Origin: Candidatus Bathyarchaeota archaeon
GTDB lineage: Archaea; Thermoproteota; Bathyarchaeia; Bathyarchaeales; Bathycorpusculaceae
DNA: 64,000 bases
Reading direction: 5' to 3'
Assembly (NCBI GenBank): GCA_963715865.1
Contig: OY970280.1
Span: forward strand, 1,984,001-2,048,000
The notes beneath the pieces are model-generated. The model made no database searches. It saw only the letters and a program-made list of their open reading frames with translations, and was not told the origin of the DNA. A program made the translations under genes and the position numbers. Position 1 is the first letter of the stretch. Each line of letters opens with the position of its first letter. Shown here piece by piece: positions 47,141 through 56,880 of the stretch.

Positions 47141-47653
47141 TCATTTGTTTTCCAATTCAAGAAAATTTTCAATGGCAGTTTTAATAAGATTGGCACATAC
47201 TTTCTCAAAGACCCTTTCCTGCCGAGCTTTAGCTGCCATTTCAGGAATGGATAAGTCATACTTGATTAGGTCTCGACATAAAACAGTGCCATGCTGCTTC
47301 TCAAATTGCTTATAAAGCGTTTGAGCGGTAGCGTAGGCTTTTGCTCGTTTTTCAACTCCAGTCTCGTTAGGTGCATATTTGATTCCCACTGCCATGATAC
47401 TGCCAGTCAGTGCTCCACATACAGAGCCACATCGTCCTATGCCGCCGCCAAAACCAGCGGCTATTTTTGGAATAAGCTTGTTCTTGCCTTCTGTATCTAT
47501 GTGCTCATATAACGTTAACAGGACGCTTTGGGCGCAGTTGTAGCCACCCTGAAAGCGGATGATGGCTTTTTCAGCAAGCGCCTGACTAGATGACACAGTT
47601 TTTTCCCCATTGCCCGCTTCAGAAGTACTTTGAAATTCTTTGTATTGCGGCAA
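47141..47653 (-). CDS. C_GCAxxG_C_C family putative redox protein
   Basis: GYNCAQSV, GFGGGIG, CGALTG, CRDL...C. Confidence 0.85.
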   Translation of the reverse strand: MPQYKEFQSTSEAGNGEKTVSSSQALAEKAIIRFQGGYNCAQSVLLTLYEHIDTEGKNKLIPKIAAGFGGGIGRCGSVCGALTGSIMAVGIKYAPNETGVEKRAKAYATAQTLYKQFEKQHGTVLCRDLIKYDLSIPEMAAKARQERVFEKVCANLIKTAIENFLELENK

Positions 47654-48668
47654 CTGTAAGTTTGGCTGAGTTCTCTATGTCCTTCAAGTTTAACATGCCT
47701 ACTGGACTGTGAATGTAACGTGTGGGTATAGATACTGTGCCGCTGGGAATGCCCTGCCTTGTTATGGAAATCCGTGCAGCGTCAGTTGAGCCAAGTAATC
47801 CTGATTCAAGCTGGAAGGGGATTTTTTCTTCTTCCGCCGTGTCCAAAAGCCACCGCAAAACCTTCGGGTGAGTAATCAAGCCAGAATCGGAAATCGTGAG
47901 CGCTGGGCCTTTACCCATCTTCACGCTGGTGTCAAACTCTCTCACGCCAGGAACATCACCGGCTATTGTCACGTCAAGCGCTAATGCTAAATCAGGGTCC
48001 ACACCGAAAGCTGCTGTTGCTGCACCGCGTAAGCCTACTTCCTCCTGCACAGTACCTACGGCGCAGACTGTGCAGTCAGTTTTTTCCATCAATTTGAGAG
48101 CTTCAACCATTGCAACACAGCCAGCACGGTTGTCGAAGGCTTTGCCGATAACAACATCCTTGCCTAACTGAGCATATTTTACATCAAAACCCACGGAGTC
48201 ACCGATTGCAACGCCTAATGCAGCAGCGTCTTCTTTGCTTTCTGCACCAATGTCGATGAAAAGCTCATCGAAAGTTATGACTTTTTTTCGTTCCTCTTCT
48301 TTCTGGATGTGTGGCGGTTTTGAACCGATTATGCCTGGGAACGTGCCTTTTCTTGAGAAAACTATAACCTTCTGAGCAGGCAGAATGCGGTCATCGATTC
48401 CGCCCATTTTAGTAAATTGCAGGAACCCTTCTTTTGTGATTGTTTTCACCATTAAGCCAACTTCGTCCATGTGAGCGGCAAGCATGATTTTAGGGGCAGG
48501 TGATTTTCCTTTTTTAATGGCAATAACGTTTTCAAGTCTATCTACAACTATTTCGTCCGCGTAGGGTTTCATTAGTTGAATCATTAATTCTCTGACTTCG
48601 TTTTCTCTGCCTGTAACTCCGCAGGCATTCGAGAGCTTCTCTAAATTCTCATTTAATGACAAACACAT
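47619..48668 (-). CDS. M42 family (TET) aminopeptidase
   Basis: AAHMDEVG, KAFDNRAGC, QEEVGLRGA, TDA, RYIHS. Confidence 0.93.
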   Translation of the reverse strand: MCLSLNENLEKLSNACGVTGRENEVRELMIQLMKPYADEIVVDRLENVIAIKKGKSPAPKIMLAAHMDEVGLMVKTITKEGFLQFTKMGGIDDRILPAQKVIVFSRKGTFPGIIGSKPPHIQKEEERKKVITFDELFIDIGAESKEDAAALGVAIGDSVGFDVKYAQLGKDVVIGKAFDNRAGCVAMVEALKLMEKTDCTVCAVGTVQEEVGLRGAATAAFGVDPDLALALDVTIAGDVPGVREFDTSVKMGKGPALTISDSGLITHPKVLRWLLDTAEEEKIPFQLESGLLGSTDAARISITRQGIPSGTVSIPTRYIHSPVGMLNLKDIENSAKLTVAAIQRISKYF

Positions 48669-48793
48669 TGCCTTCTTGAGATTTGTTTGGTTACAATCTG
48701 AAAACTAAGTTATTAAACGATTGCGGTTCACTATGCTTTTTTAGTTAATTTCAAAAGATAAAAAGGTGGAAAGCTTTCCGCTTCAGAGCATTA

Positions 48794-49006
48794 TCAGATT
48801 GCTTGTCTTGGTTGTTGATGCCTAATCTCCATGTAATCCGTGAGCAACGGCACGCCTTGTATTAGAAGAAAGATGCCGATTATTATTCCGACTAATGCTG
48901 GGAACACTATGAGTATTATGCCGAAGATAATGCAGAATGCCGCTAAGACTGGCCTTGAAACGGTTACGCCTATTCGCCTTAAGTCCTTTTCAGCAACATC
49001 CGCCAA
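48794..49006 (-). CDS. Small membrane protein (DUF3096-like)
   Basis: GIILIVFPALVGIIIGIFLLIQG hairpin; RBS GAGGGAGG upstream. Confidence 0.6.
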   Translation of the reverse strand: MADVAEKDLRRIGVTVSRPVLAAFCIIFGIILIVFPALVGIIIGIFLLIQGVPLLTDYMEIRHQQPRQAI

Positions 49007-49113
49007 AAATATTCCTCCCTCAAAATCTTCGGGAACAGCACTATTAAAACTATGGGAAGTGGATAATTCTTAAATTGTTAAACTGCATTCACAAACAGGT
49101 TAGGTGCAAAAAA

Positions 49114-50049
49114 TTGACACAACCAAGTTTCAAAACAGTTTTCGTTTTCCTTGACACAGACAAATATTGCAGCCCATTCGACATGCTCGTAGCAATAGAC
49201 GCATTCCCAGACTCAATGATATTCAAATATGAAAACGTGACCGGTGAAGATGCCGCCAAAATCGTTTACGATACGCTGTTTCCACGTGGACCAGAAGGCG
49301 CAAAACACACCAAGATATTCATCAACGGAAGCAACTTTGACATGGTCAACGAAGTTGTCGCCGCAACCCAGAAATGCATGGCATCAGCCCCATGGGGAAA
49401 CTCCATAATCGTTGACCCACGAGGCGGATACTCAACAGCCGCTGCCGCAGTAGCAAAAACACTCGGTGCAGCACTTGAGAAGGGCTTTGGCACTTTAGAA
49501 GGCAAAAAAGTCACGGTGCTGGCTGGAACAGGACCAGTAGGGCAAACAGCTGCAAGAATTTACGCTTCAGAGAAAGCCAACGTAACCATAACGTCCCGCT
49601 CAATGGCAAAAGGGCAAGCTGTTGCTGACAAGATTAACAAGGAAGTCGGTGCACAAAGAGTCAAAGTTGTCGAAGTGACAAGTTCTGAGCAAACCGGCGC
49701 AGCTATCAAAGACGCGGAAATCGTACTCGCTGCAGGCGCAGGCGGAATCCAATTGCTCTCAGCAGCGGAACTGAACAAGTATGGTGCAACATGCAAAATC
49801 GTCGCTGACATCAACGCCATCAAACCCTTAGGTGTTGAAGGCTTAGGCTCAAACGACGACGGTAAAGAACTGAAACCAGGCGTTTACGGCATAGGCGCAT
49901 TAGCAATCGGCAAATTGAAAATTAAGACTGAAACAGAAATGATTAAACGCGCAACCACCGAGCCGCAAGGACTCTTTGACTACTCAATCGCTTACACCAT
50001 CGCCAAAGACTCCATACTAAAGAAACTAGCAAAAGCAGCTGCTAAATAA
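49114..50049 (+). CDS. NAD(P)-dependent methylene-tetrahydromethanopterin dehydrogenase (MtdA/MtdB family)
   Basis: SPFD...A.DA, FPRGP...TKIFING, DP.G..TAAAAV, VLAGTGPVG, DIN...P.G..G; TTG start at 49114 after AGGTG. Confidence 0.8.
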   Translation: MTQPSFKTVFVFLDTDKYCSPFDMLVAIDAFPDSMIFKYENVTGEDAAKIVYDTLFPRGPEGAKHTKIFINGSNFDMVNEVVAATQKCMASAPWGNSIIVDPRGGYSTAAAAVAKTLGAALEKGFGTLEGKKVTVLAGTGPVGQTAARIYASEKANVTITSRSMAKGQAVADKINKEVGAQRVKVVEVTSSEQTGAAIKDAEIVLAAGAGGIQLLSAAELNKYGATCKIVADINAIKPLGVEGLGSNDDGKELKPGVYGIGALAIGKLKIKTETEMIKRATTEPQGLFDYSIAYTIAKDSILKKLAKAAAK

Positions 50050-50088
50050 TTAGCAAGCTATCTTTTCATCTTTTTCTTTTTAACTAAA

Positions 50089-50463
50089 CTATCTTTTCCT
50101 TTTCCGTTGTTTTTCAGTGTCAACGTCTTTGGCTTCTGCCATTATAACAACATCTTTAACGGTTGTCGGTTTGTTTGTGGCTTTAAGCACTAACCGTTCT
50201 CTCCATCCACATTCGCGACACTCATATTTGGGTGGAGTAAAACCCATGTGAGTCGACATATCCCCAACCATAGAACCAACCTGGCGAACCAATGGGCTCT
50301 TGCATTTAGGGCAAACTTGAATGTCAACGTATTTTTTCTCTTTTTCCAGCTCTTCCAGCCTTTCGACTATCTTTGGCAAAAGTTCGCTTTCTACCTGTTC
50401 GTTTTCTAAAAGGCTAATTTGCCGTTTTTTCTTTTTCTTCTTTTTCTGCTGTTCTTCCGACAT
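50089..50463 (-). CDS. Hypothetical zinc-ribbon protein
   Basis: CPKCKS...YECRECGW. Confidence 0.6.
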   Translation of the reverse strand: MSEEQQKKKKKKKRQISLLENEQVESELLPKIVERLEELEKEKKYVDIQVCPKCKSPLVRQVGSMVGDMSTHMGFTPPKYECRECGWRERLVLKATNKPTTVKDVVIMAEAKDVDTEKQRKRKR

Positions 50464-50527
50464 TAAAGAGCACTAACTAGGCAATTAATTTTGGATTGGA
50501 TAAAAGATTTTTGGAAATAAAAAGTGG

Positions 50528-51688
50528 TTAGAAGGCGCTGGCGATTCTGTTGCAGGCTTCAATTATGCGTTCTTTCGGCTGCGTAAACGTTATCCTAGCG
50601 TAGCCTTCTCCATACTTGCCAAAGCCGATGCCCGGCGTCACTGCCACGCCAACGTCAAGCAGTTTTGTGGCAAACTGCATTGAATCGCCTTTGCAGTTTA
50701 CCCACACGTAAAACGTTGCTTTCGGCTTCTCGCATTTGTAGCCGATTTTGCAGAGGGTTTCAACCAGTAGGTCGCGGCGTTCCTTTAGGATTTGATTGTT
50801 TTTCTTTAGGAATTCTGGCGGTTCATTGCTTGTGTAGGCTGCTAAGGCTTTGACGGCTACTTTCTGCGTGTAAACTGGCGGTCCCGAATCAATTTGCGAC
50901 TTGACTTTGGTTAATCCGCTGACGAGCTGCTTGTTTCCCACGGCGAAGGCAATGCGGTCGCCTGTCATGTTGAAGGTTTTTGATAGCGAGTGGAATTCGA
51001 TGGCAACATCCATGGCGCCGTCAACCTCCAGAATGCTGGGAGCGCGGTAGCCGTCGTAGGTGACTTCTGAGTAGGCGTTGTCATAGCAGAGGATTATGTT
51101 GTTGTCTTTGGCGAAATCTACTGCTTGCTTGAGGAATTTTTTGTCGACTGTGGCTGCCGTTGGGTTATTGGGGTAATTAAGAAACATCATTTTCGCATTC
51201 TTGGCGTTTACCGCTTCAAAATCTGGCTTGAAATTGTTTTCCTCAAGTAGCGGCATCGGTACTGCTGTGCCGTCGTTTAGTATTGTGCTGCCATTGGTGT
51301 ATACTGGGTAAGCAGGGTCAGGAACGAGAACTCTGTCGCCGGGATTGATGAAGGCACGGGCGATGTTTGCTATGCCTTCTTTAGAGCCTAAAAGCGCAAT
51401 CACCTGGTCTTGCTGCAGCTCAATATTGAATCGTTTCCTATACCAATCGGCAACCGCTTCTCTGAAGTCTGGTTCGCCTTGGCTGAAAGAATAATTATGA
51501 TTCTTTAGGTTTGCTACTTCTTCTTTGAGTGCTTCTATGACAAATGGTGGCGGTGGAAGGTCTGGGTCACCGATGCTCAATGAAATCAAATCGATGCCTT
51601 GCGCCTTCTTTTCCTTAATGATTCGCTCAATTTCAGCGAACAGGTATGGTGGCAACCGTTTTATCCTGTCAGCAAATTCATACGTCAT
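50528..51688 (-). CDS. dapL: LL-diaminopimelate aminotransferase
   Basis: RLPPYLFAEI, SIGDPD, NYPNNPT, DNAYSE, SLSKTFNMTG; last gene of the lys operon. Confidence 0.88.
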   Translation of the reverse strand: MTYEFADRIKRLPPYLFAEIERIIKEKKAQGIDLISLSIGDPDLPPPPFVIEALKEEVANLKNHNYSFSQGEPDFREAVADWYRKRFNIELQQDQVIALLGSKEGIANIARAFINPGDRVLVPDPAYPVYTNGSTILNDGTAVPMPLLEENNFKPDFEAVNAKNAKMMFLNYPNNPTAATVDKKFLKQAVDFAKDNNIILCYDNAYSEVTYDGYRAPSILEVDGAMDVAIEFHSLSKTFNMTGDRIAFAVGNKQLVSGLTKVKSQIDSGPPVYTQKVAVKALAAYTSNEPPEFLKKNNQILKERRDLLVETLCKIGYKCEKPKATFYVWVNCKGDSMQFATKLLDVGVAVTPGIGFGKYGEGYARITFTQPKERIIEACNRIASAF

Positions 51689-51690
51689 GT

Positions 51691-52533
51691 TTATACCTCT
51701 TTGAATAGCGTTCCCTCAAAAACTTTTTCAGCTGCCCCACTCAAAAACAAGCTTTTAGCCACTTCCACTTGCAAATCGCCGCCCAACACGTGAACAGTAA
51801 CCTTGTTTCCAACTTTTCCAAGCTTGTTTGCAGCAGCGACAGCCGCGCAGGTTCCTGTGCCGCACGCTAAGGTTTCGCCGCAGCCCCTTTCCCAAACACG
51901 GACTTTCAACTCGTTGCAATTTAGGACTTGAACGAAACCGACATTGGTTCTTTTCGGAAAAGCCTTGTGGTTCTCAATTTTTGGACCGATTTGCTCAACT
52001 GGAAAATCGTCGACTTTTCCAACGAATATTACGCAGTGTGGATTGCCTATTGAAAGGCACGTTACCTTGAAGGGTTCACCATCGACTTCTAAGTTCTCGT
52101 TGATGTATGTGCCTTGCCCGACCATGGGAAGGGAGCTTCTTTCCCAGTTTGGCGCTCCCATGTCCACCTTGACAGTGGTGACTTCTTTATCATTAAGGGT
52201 TAACCAGACGTGTTTTATGCCTGAAAGTGTTTCGACTGTGAACTCTTGCTTCGGGGCAATGCCATTTTCATAGCAGTACTTGGCAAAGCACCGTATGCCG
52301 TTGCCACACATTTCTGCTTCGCTACCGTCAGCGTTGAAAATCCGCATCTTAACATTTGCAATAGTTGAATTAGAAACGAGCAAAAGCCCATCTGCACCAA
52401 CCGAGAAGCGCCTTTCACAAAGCCTCTTAGCTAATTCTGCAGCTTGATTACCGCTAATTTTCTCGTCCCTGTTGTCGATTACGATGTAGTCGTTGCCTAA
52501 ACCGTGCATCTTCCAGAAACGCATCAAAGTCAC
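51691..52533 (-). CDS. dapF: Diaminopimelate epimerase
   Basis: KMHGLGNDY, NADGSEAEMCGNGIRC, GNPH, ERGCGETLACGTG. Confidence 0.96.
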   Translation of the reverse strand: MTLMRFWKMHGLGNDYIVIDNRDEKISGNQAAELAKRLCERRFSVGADGLLLVSNSTIANVKMRIFNADGSEAEMCGNGIRCFAKYCYENGIAPKQEFTVETLSGIKHVWLTLNDKEVTTVKVDMGAPNWERSSLPMVGQGTYINENLEVDGEPFKVTCLSIGNPHCVIFVGKVDDFPVEQIGPKIENHKAFPKRTNVGFVQVLNCNELKVRVWERGCGETLACGTGTCAAVAAANKLGKVGNKVTVHVLGGDLQVEVAKSLFLSGAAEKVFEGTLFKEV

Positions 52534-53813
52534 TCTGCCATCCGCTGACTAGACATCAAATCATCAAGCTGCTCTCGTTCCCTAACCAGCACTGGCTTGC
52601 CTTGCCTAATCATGACTTCTGCAGCTCGTGGCCTTGCGTTGTACTGCGAGCTCATGCTGAAGCCGTATGCGCCAGCGTTCAAAACCGCCAGCAAATCACC
52701 TTCCGCAACCAGCGGCAAGGCTCGGTCTTTGGCTAAGGCGTCGCCTGACTCGCAAATTGGACCCACCACATCATAAGTTTCCTTATCCGCCGCTCCAAGT
52801 TTGTTGGCGACTAGTACGGGATGGTAGGAGCCGTACATCGTTGGTCTCACTAGAGTGTTGAAGCCTGCGTCCACGCCCACGAATTTTTTTGAAGGCGTAA
52901 CCTTGACAGTGTTAACGGTTGTTAGGAGGATGCTAGCGTCGCAGACTAAGTATCTGCCCGGTTCAACGCATAAAAATGGTTTGCCAAGACCGTACTCTGT
53001 AATCTTACCCTTGAACGGTGCTACCACTTTCGAGGTGAAGGCTGCTAAATCGAATTCTTGGTCCTCTGGCTTGTAAGGAACCCCGAATCCGCCGCCGATG
53101 TCGATGAATTCGAATTCTATTCCTACTTCGTCATGGACCCGCTTAGCTATACTCAATAGTTTTTCCACTGCCAAAACGTAGGGTTCTATGTCAAGAATAC
53201 CTGAGCCAATGTGCATGTGAATGCCGAAGCGTTCGACTCTTGCCTTCTTAGCAGTCGCATAAGCCTTTAGCGCGTCTTCTTCCAGTAAACCGAACTTTGA
53301 GTCTGGACCCGCCGTTATGCAGTGGCTGTGATGACCTGCACCGATTTCTGGATTAACACGCACCGACAAAACCGGCGGAACAGCAATCTTTAGTAGCCTA
53401 TCTAACTCCGATTGCGAATCCACATTCACAGTGACGTTAGCGTCAGCTAGAACTTTCAACTCGTCATTCCGGACGCTGGTTCCAGTGAATAGCATGCGGT
53501 CTGGCGTGTATCCGCTGACTAAGCCCATGAACACTTCGCCCGGGCTGACGGTGTCTAAGTATGCACCTTCTGACTCGAGAATTTTTAGTACTGTGAGGTT
53601 GAAGTTGGCTTTGACAGCGTAATATACGCGTACGTACTTGTAGTTGCGGATTAAGGCACCATGAAGCCGATTATAATTATCTCTAATGCGCTTCTCGCTT
53701 ACTACGTACAAGGGCGTATCGTATTTTTCAGCTAACTCCTTAACCGAAGAGCCATCGAAGAACAAGTTGCCTTTCCGGTCTTCTAAGGGTTCACGAAGCT
53801 TTCTTTTAACCAT
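52530..53813 (-). CDS. lysA: Diaminopimelate decarboxylase
   Basis: YAVKAN, SKFG, HMHIGS, DIGGG, EPGR, GPICES, GAYG. Confidence 0.96.
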   Translation of the reverse strand: MVKRKLREPLEDRKGNLFFDGSSVKELAEKYDTPLYVVSEKRIRDNYNRLHGALIRNYKYVRVYYAVKANFNLTVLKILESEGAYLDTVSPGEVFMGLVSGYTPDRMLFTGTSVRNDELKVLADANVTVNVDSQSELDRLLKIAVPPVLSVRVNPEIGAGHHSHCITAGPDSKFGLLEEDALKAYATAKKARVERFGIHMHIGSGILDIEPYVLAVEKLLSIAKRVHDEVGIEFEFIDIGGGFGVPYKPEDQEFDLAAFTSKVVAPFKGKITEYGLGKPFLCVEPGRYLVCDASILLTTVNTVKVTPSKKFVGVDAGFNTLVRPTMYGSYHPVLVANKLGAADKETYDVVGPICESGDALAKDRALPLVAEGDLLAVLNAGAYGFSMSSQYNARPRAAEVMIRQGKPVLVREREQLDDLMSSQRMAE

Positions 53814-53853
53814 CAGTTACACACGTCTCAATGTGGTATTATTTGAGCGGTAG

Positions 53854-54912
53854 TTAAGCTAAGCCTTTAGCTACTAAGAGTTCAGCGCTGAGAATGCCTG
53901 CACCTGCGCCACCACGAACCGTATTGTGTCCTAAGCATATGTACTTGAAAGTCATAATTGGATCCTTGCGGATTCTGCCAACTACAACGCTCATGCCACA
54001 GCCTGTATCGCGGTCAAAGCGTGGCTGAGGCCTATTCTGCTCTTTGCGAACTACGATTGGTTGCTCGGGCGCGGAAGGCAACTTGAGCTTCTGCGGTTCA
54101 CCCTTAAACTTAGCGAACGCAGCTTCAATCTCTTCTACCGATGGGTCCTCTTGTAGCTTGATGAAGACTGATTCTAAATGCCCGTCTTTCACGTTGACTC
54201 GGTTGCAGCTTGCGCTAAGCTTGAAATCAGCGTTCTTCACTACCTTGCCATCAAAGTTGCCTAGAATCTTTAGTGCTTCGGCTTCCATTTTTTCTTCTTC
54301 CTTAGCAATGTAAGGAACTACATTATCAATTATATCGAGCGAAGACACGCCTGGGTAGCCAGCACCACTTAATGCTTGCATGGTGGTAACTATAACATTC
54401 CTGAGCCCAAACTGCATCAATGGCTTAAGCGTAATTGCAAGTTGAATAGTGCTACAGTTAGGATCTGTCGTTATGAAGCCTTTCCAGCCTCGTGCTTTTT
54501 GCTGAATCTTAATCAAATCAGCATGGTCAGGATTAATTTCTGGAATAAGCAATGGGACGTCGTTTTCCATTCTGTGAGCGCTTGCCTTACTGAACACTGG
54601 ATACAGGGCTGCAAATTCAGATTCAACAGCACCTGCCAAGTCGCCTGGAAGAGACGAAAACACCAAATCCACGTTGCCTGCCTTCTCCACTGACTCGACA
54701 TCGGCGTTTGCTACGGGCATCTCAGCAATTTCTTTGGGCAGGTTTGACTCCGTAACCCAGTTGCAAGCATCCTTGAATTTTTTGCCTGCTGACCGCTCTG
54801 AAGCAGCAAGCACCTCAATTTGGAACCATGGGTGCCCTTGTAAGAGTTGAATGAACCGTTGCCCAACGGCTCCCGTTGCGCCTAATATGGCAACTTTACG
54901 CTTAAGCGACAT
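53854..54912 (-). CDS. asd: Aspartate-semialdehyde dehydrogenase
   Basis: GATGAVGQ, PNCST, QALSGAG, CNRV, HNTVRGGAG. Confidence 0.96.
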   Translation of the reverse strand: MSLKRKVAILGATGAVGQRFIQLLQGHPWFQIEVLAASERSAGKKFKDACNWVTESNLPKEIAEMPVANADVESVEKAGNVDLVFSSLPGDLAGAVESEFAALYPVFSKASAHRMENDVPLLIPEINPDHADLIKIQQKARGWKGFITTDPNCSTIQLAITLKPLMQFGLRNVIVTTMQALSGAGYPGVSSLDIIDNVVPYIAKEEEKMEAEALKILGNFDGKVVKNADFKLSASCNRVNVKDGHLESVFIKLQEDPSVEEIEAAFAKFKGEPQKLKLPSAPEQPIVVRKEQNRPQPRFDRDTGCGMSVVVGRIRKDPIMTFKYICLGHNTVRGGAGAGILSAELLVAKGLA

Positions 54913-56083
54913 TTTCTATTGCTTCCTTTGCTCTTTTGATTTGGCTTTCCTCGATAAAAACATTAATGGTCGCCTTACTCGTTGTAACCTCAATTATATT
55001 AATTCCAGCTTGGCTTAAGGCACTGGAGATTTTTGCTATGCCACCAGGCGAATCAATGAAGATAGGATGGCTAATTTGGATCATGACAACGTTCTCCCTA
55101 TGAGTTATCGCCTTGAAGTCTTTTATGCCATGAAGTTGGTTTAGGACTTGAGCAACGTTGCCGTCTTCAGTGAAGATTGTAACTGATTTTTTTCCAGAGC
55201 TGACTCCGTAAACTGGTTTTTTGCTAAGCACTGAGAAGATGTCTCTAATGTTTTCTGCGTTAACGTCACAAACAACGCTTATGGCAATTAAGCCTTCCTT
55301 TGTTAAGGTTTCAGCGGAATTCAGGTTGAAAGACCCTGTGATTTCTGTGCCTCTGCCGGCAAGGTTGCCTGAGGCAAAGTTTACTATTCTGAGGACTTGG
55401 TTTGGTAGTTTATATTTAAGGGCTTCAGGTTTCACGATTTTTGCTCCGCCTTGTGCCAAATCGAACATTTCGTGAATTTCCAACTTATTGAGTAGTCTTG
55501 CGTCTGGAACTATTTTTGGGTCTGCTGAGAGTACTCCGCTTGTCTCCTTTACCAGAATGATTTCATCTGCAGATATGCACTTGGCTAGTAATAGCGCTGT
55601 CGTATCGCTTCCGCCTCTTCCCAGAGTGGTGACTCTACCCTGCGAGTCCTTTCCAAGGAAACCACATACAACTGGAATAGCGGTACCTAGTAGGGGTTTA
55701 ATGTACTGCTCGGTTAAAGATGCAGTTTTTTCCAAATTAGGTTTAGCATGGAGAAAGTTTGAGTCCGTTATGATAGGCCAGTTCTCGTATGCTGGGTCGA
55801 ATAGTTCAGCGTATAAGCCTCGGGCTCTCAGGGCTGCACAGAAGATTCGGGCACTTGTTCGTTCACCTGCAGATATTATCTCTGCCCATTCAGCGTCAGG
55901 AACGCCTATTTGAGTAACCGTTTGAATTAGGGTATCGGTCATTTTGCCCATAGCTGAAACTACAACAACAATTTCCTTAAAAGGCGCCTCTGCTATAAGC
56001 TGGGCTGCCTGTTGGATTTTCTCACCTGACGATAAGTCAGCGCCTCCGAACTTGATAACAACTCTAACAGCCAAGATGTTCAC
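54902..56083 (-). CDS. lysC: Aspartokinase with ACT domain
   Basis: VIKFGG, VVVSAMG, GER, TLGRGGSDTTA, DP. Confidence 0.93.
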   Translation of the reverse strand: MNILAVRVVIKFGGADLSSGEKIQQAAQLIAEAPFKEIVVVVSAMGKMTDTLIQTVTQIGVPDAEWAEIISAGERTSARIFCAALRARGLYAELFDPAYENWPIITDSNFLHAKPNLEKTASLTEQYIKPLLGTAIPVVCGFLGKDSQGRVTTLGRGGSDTTALLLAKCISADEIILVKETSGVLSADPKIVPDARLLNKLEIHEMFDLAQGGAKIVKPEALKYKLPNQVLRIVNFASGNLAGRGTEITGSFNLNSAETLTKEGLIAISVVCDVNAENIRDIFSVLSKKPVYGVSSGKKSVTIFTEDGNVAQVLNQLHGIKDFKAITHRENVVMIQISHPIFIDSPGGIAKISSALSQAGINIIEVTTSKATINVFIEESQIKRAKEAIENVA

Positions 56084-56085
56084 CG

Positions 56086-56880
56086 TTAAGATAAGCCTAG
56101 AACGTCGGCCATACTGAACACTTTAGGCTCGTTTTGCTTGCTTAACCATTCAGCCGCGTAAACAGCGCCCTGAGCAAAAACGTTGCGTGAGAACGCCGTG
56201 TGTTCTATGCGTAGCATCTCGTATGGTCCAGCAACGATTAGGTCGTGGATTCCCGGAACGCCTCCGGCTCTCAAAGCTGTGATTTCAAGTTCTTCAGGCT
56301 GCCGTGGACTTATGCCTTCTCGTCCGGAAACGATTTTCGTGTAACCACGTGTGTTAGCAATAATTTCACCTAGCTTTTTAGCGGTACCGCTTGGAGCATC
56401 CTTCTTGCCAGTATGATGGATTTCACTTATGCTGAAATTGTATTCCTTCGGAAACGCTTGCAATGCTTCTGCCAGCTTGAACAGTATGTTGACGCCTACT
56501 GAGTAGTTTGGTGAGAACACGGCTGGAACTTTGCCTGACATGGCGTTTACGACTTGGCGGTTTTGCTCTGGAGTGAAGCCTGTGGTGCCTAAGATAATGC
56601 GTTTTCCAAGGTTAGCGACGAGGGGTATGTTAACTACTTCGGCAGTTGGCATTGTGAAACTAACGTAAACATCTGCGTCGTGGACAGCTTCGTTTATTCT
56701 GTCGGAGCTAAGAATTTGCGTTTCCGAATTGCTGATGCCAAGTTCTCGCAGGGTTTTGCCTATGCAAGGATTATTTGGAGCCTCTATTGCGCCGACTATC
56801 TGATGCCCTTTTGATGTGGCTTCAGTGATAACAGCGTTGCCCATTCTGCCTGAAGCGCCTGCTACACACAGCTTAAGCAT
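56086..56880 (-). CDS. dapB: 4-hydroxy-tetrahydrodipicolinate reductase
   Basis: GASGRMG, GTTG, NYSVG, EIHH..KKDAPSGTA. Confidence 0.96.
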   Translation of the reverse strand: MLKLCVAGASGRMGNAVITEATSKGHQIVGAIEAPNNPCIGKTLRELGISNSETQILSSDRINEAVHDADVYVSFTMPTAEVVNIPLVANLGKRIILGTTGFTPEQNRQVVNAMSGKVPAVFSPNYSVGVNILFKLAEALQAFPKEYNFSISEIHHTGKKDAPSGTAKKLGEIIANTRGYTKIVSGREGISPRQPEELEITALRAGGVPGIHDLIVAGPYEMLRIEHTAFSRNVFAQGAVYAAEWLSKQNEPKVFSMADVLGLS

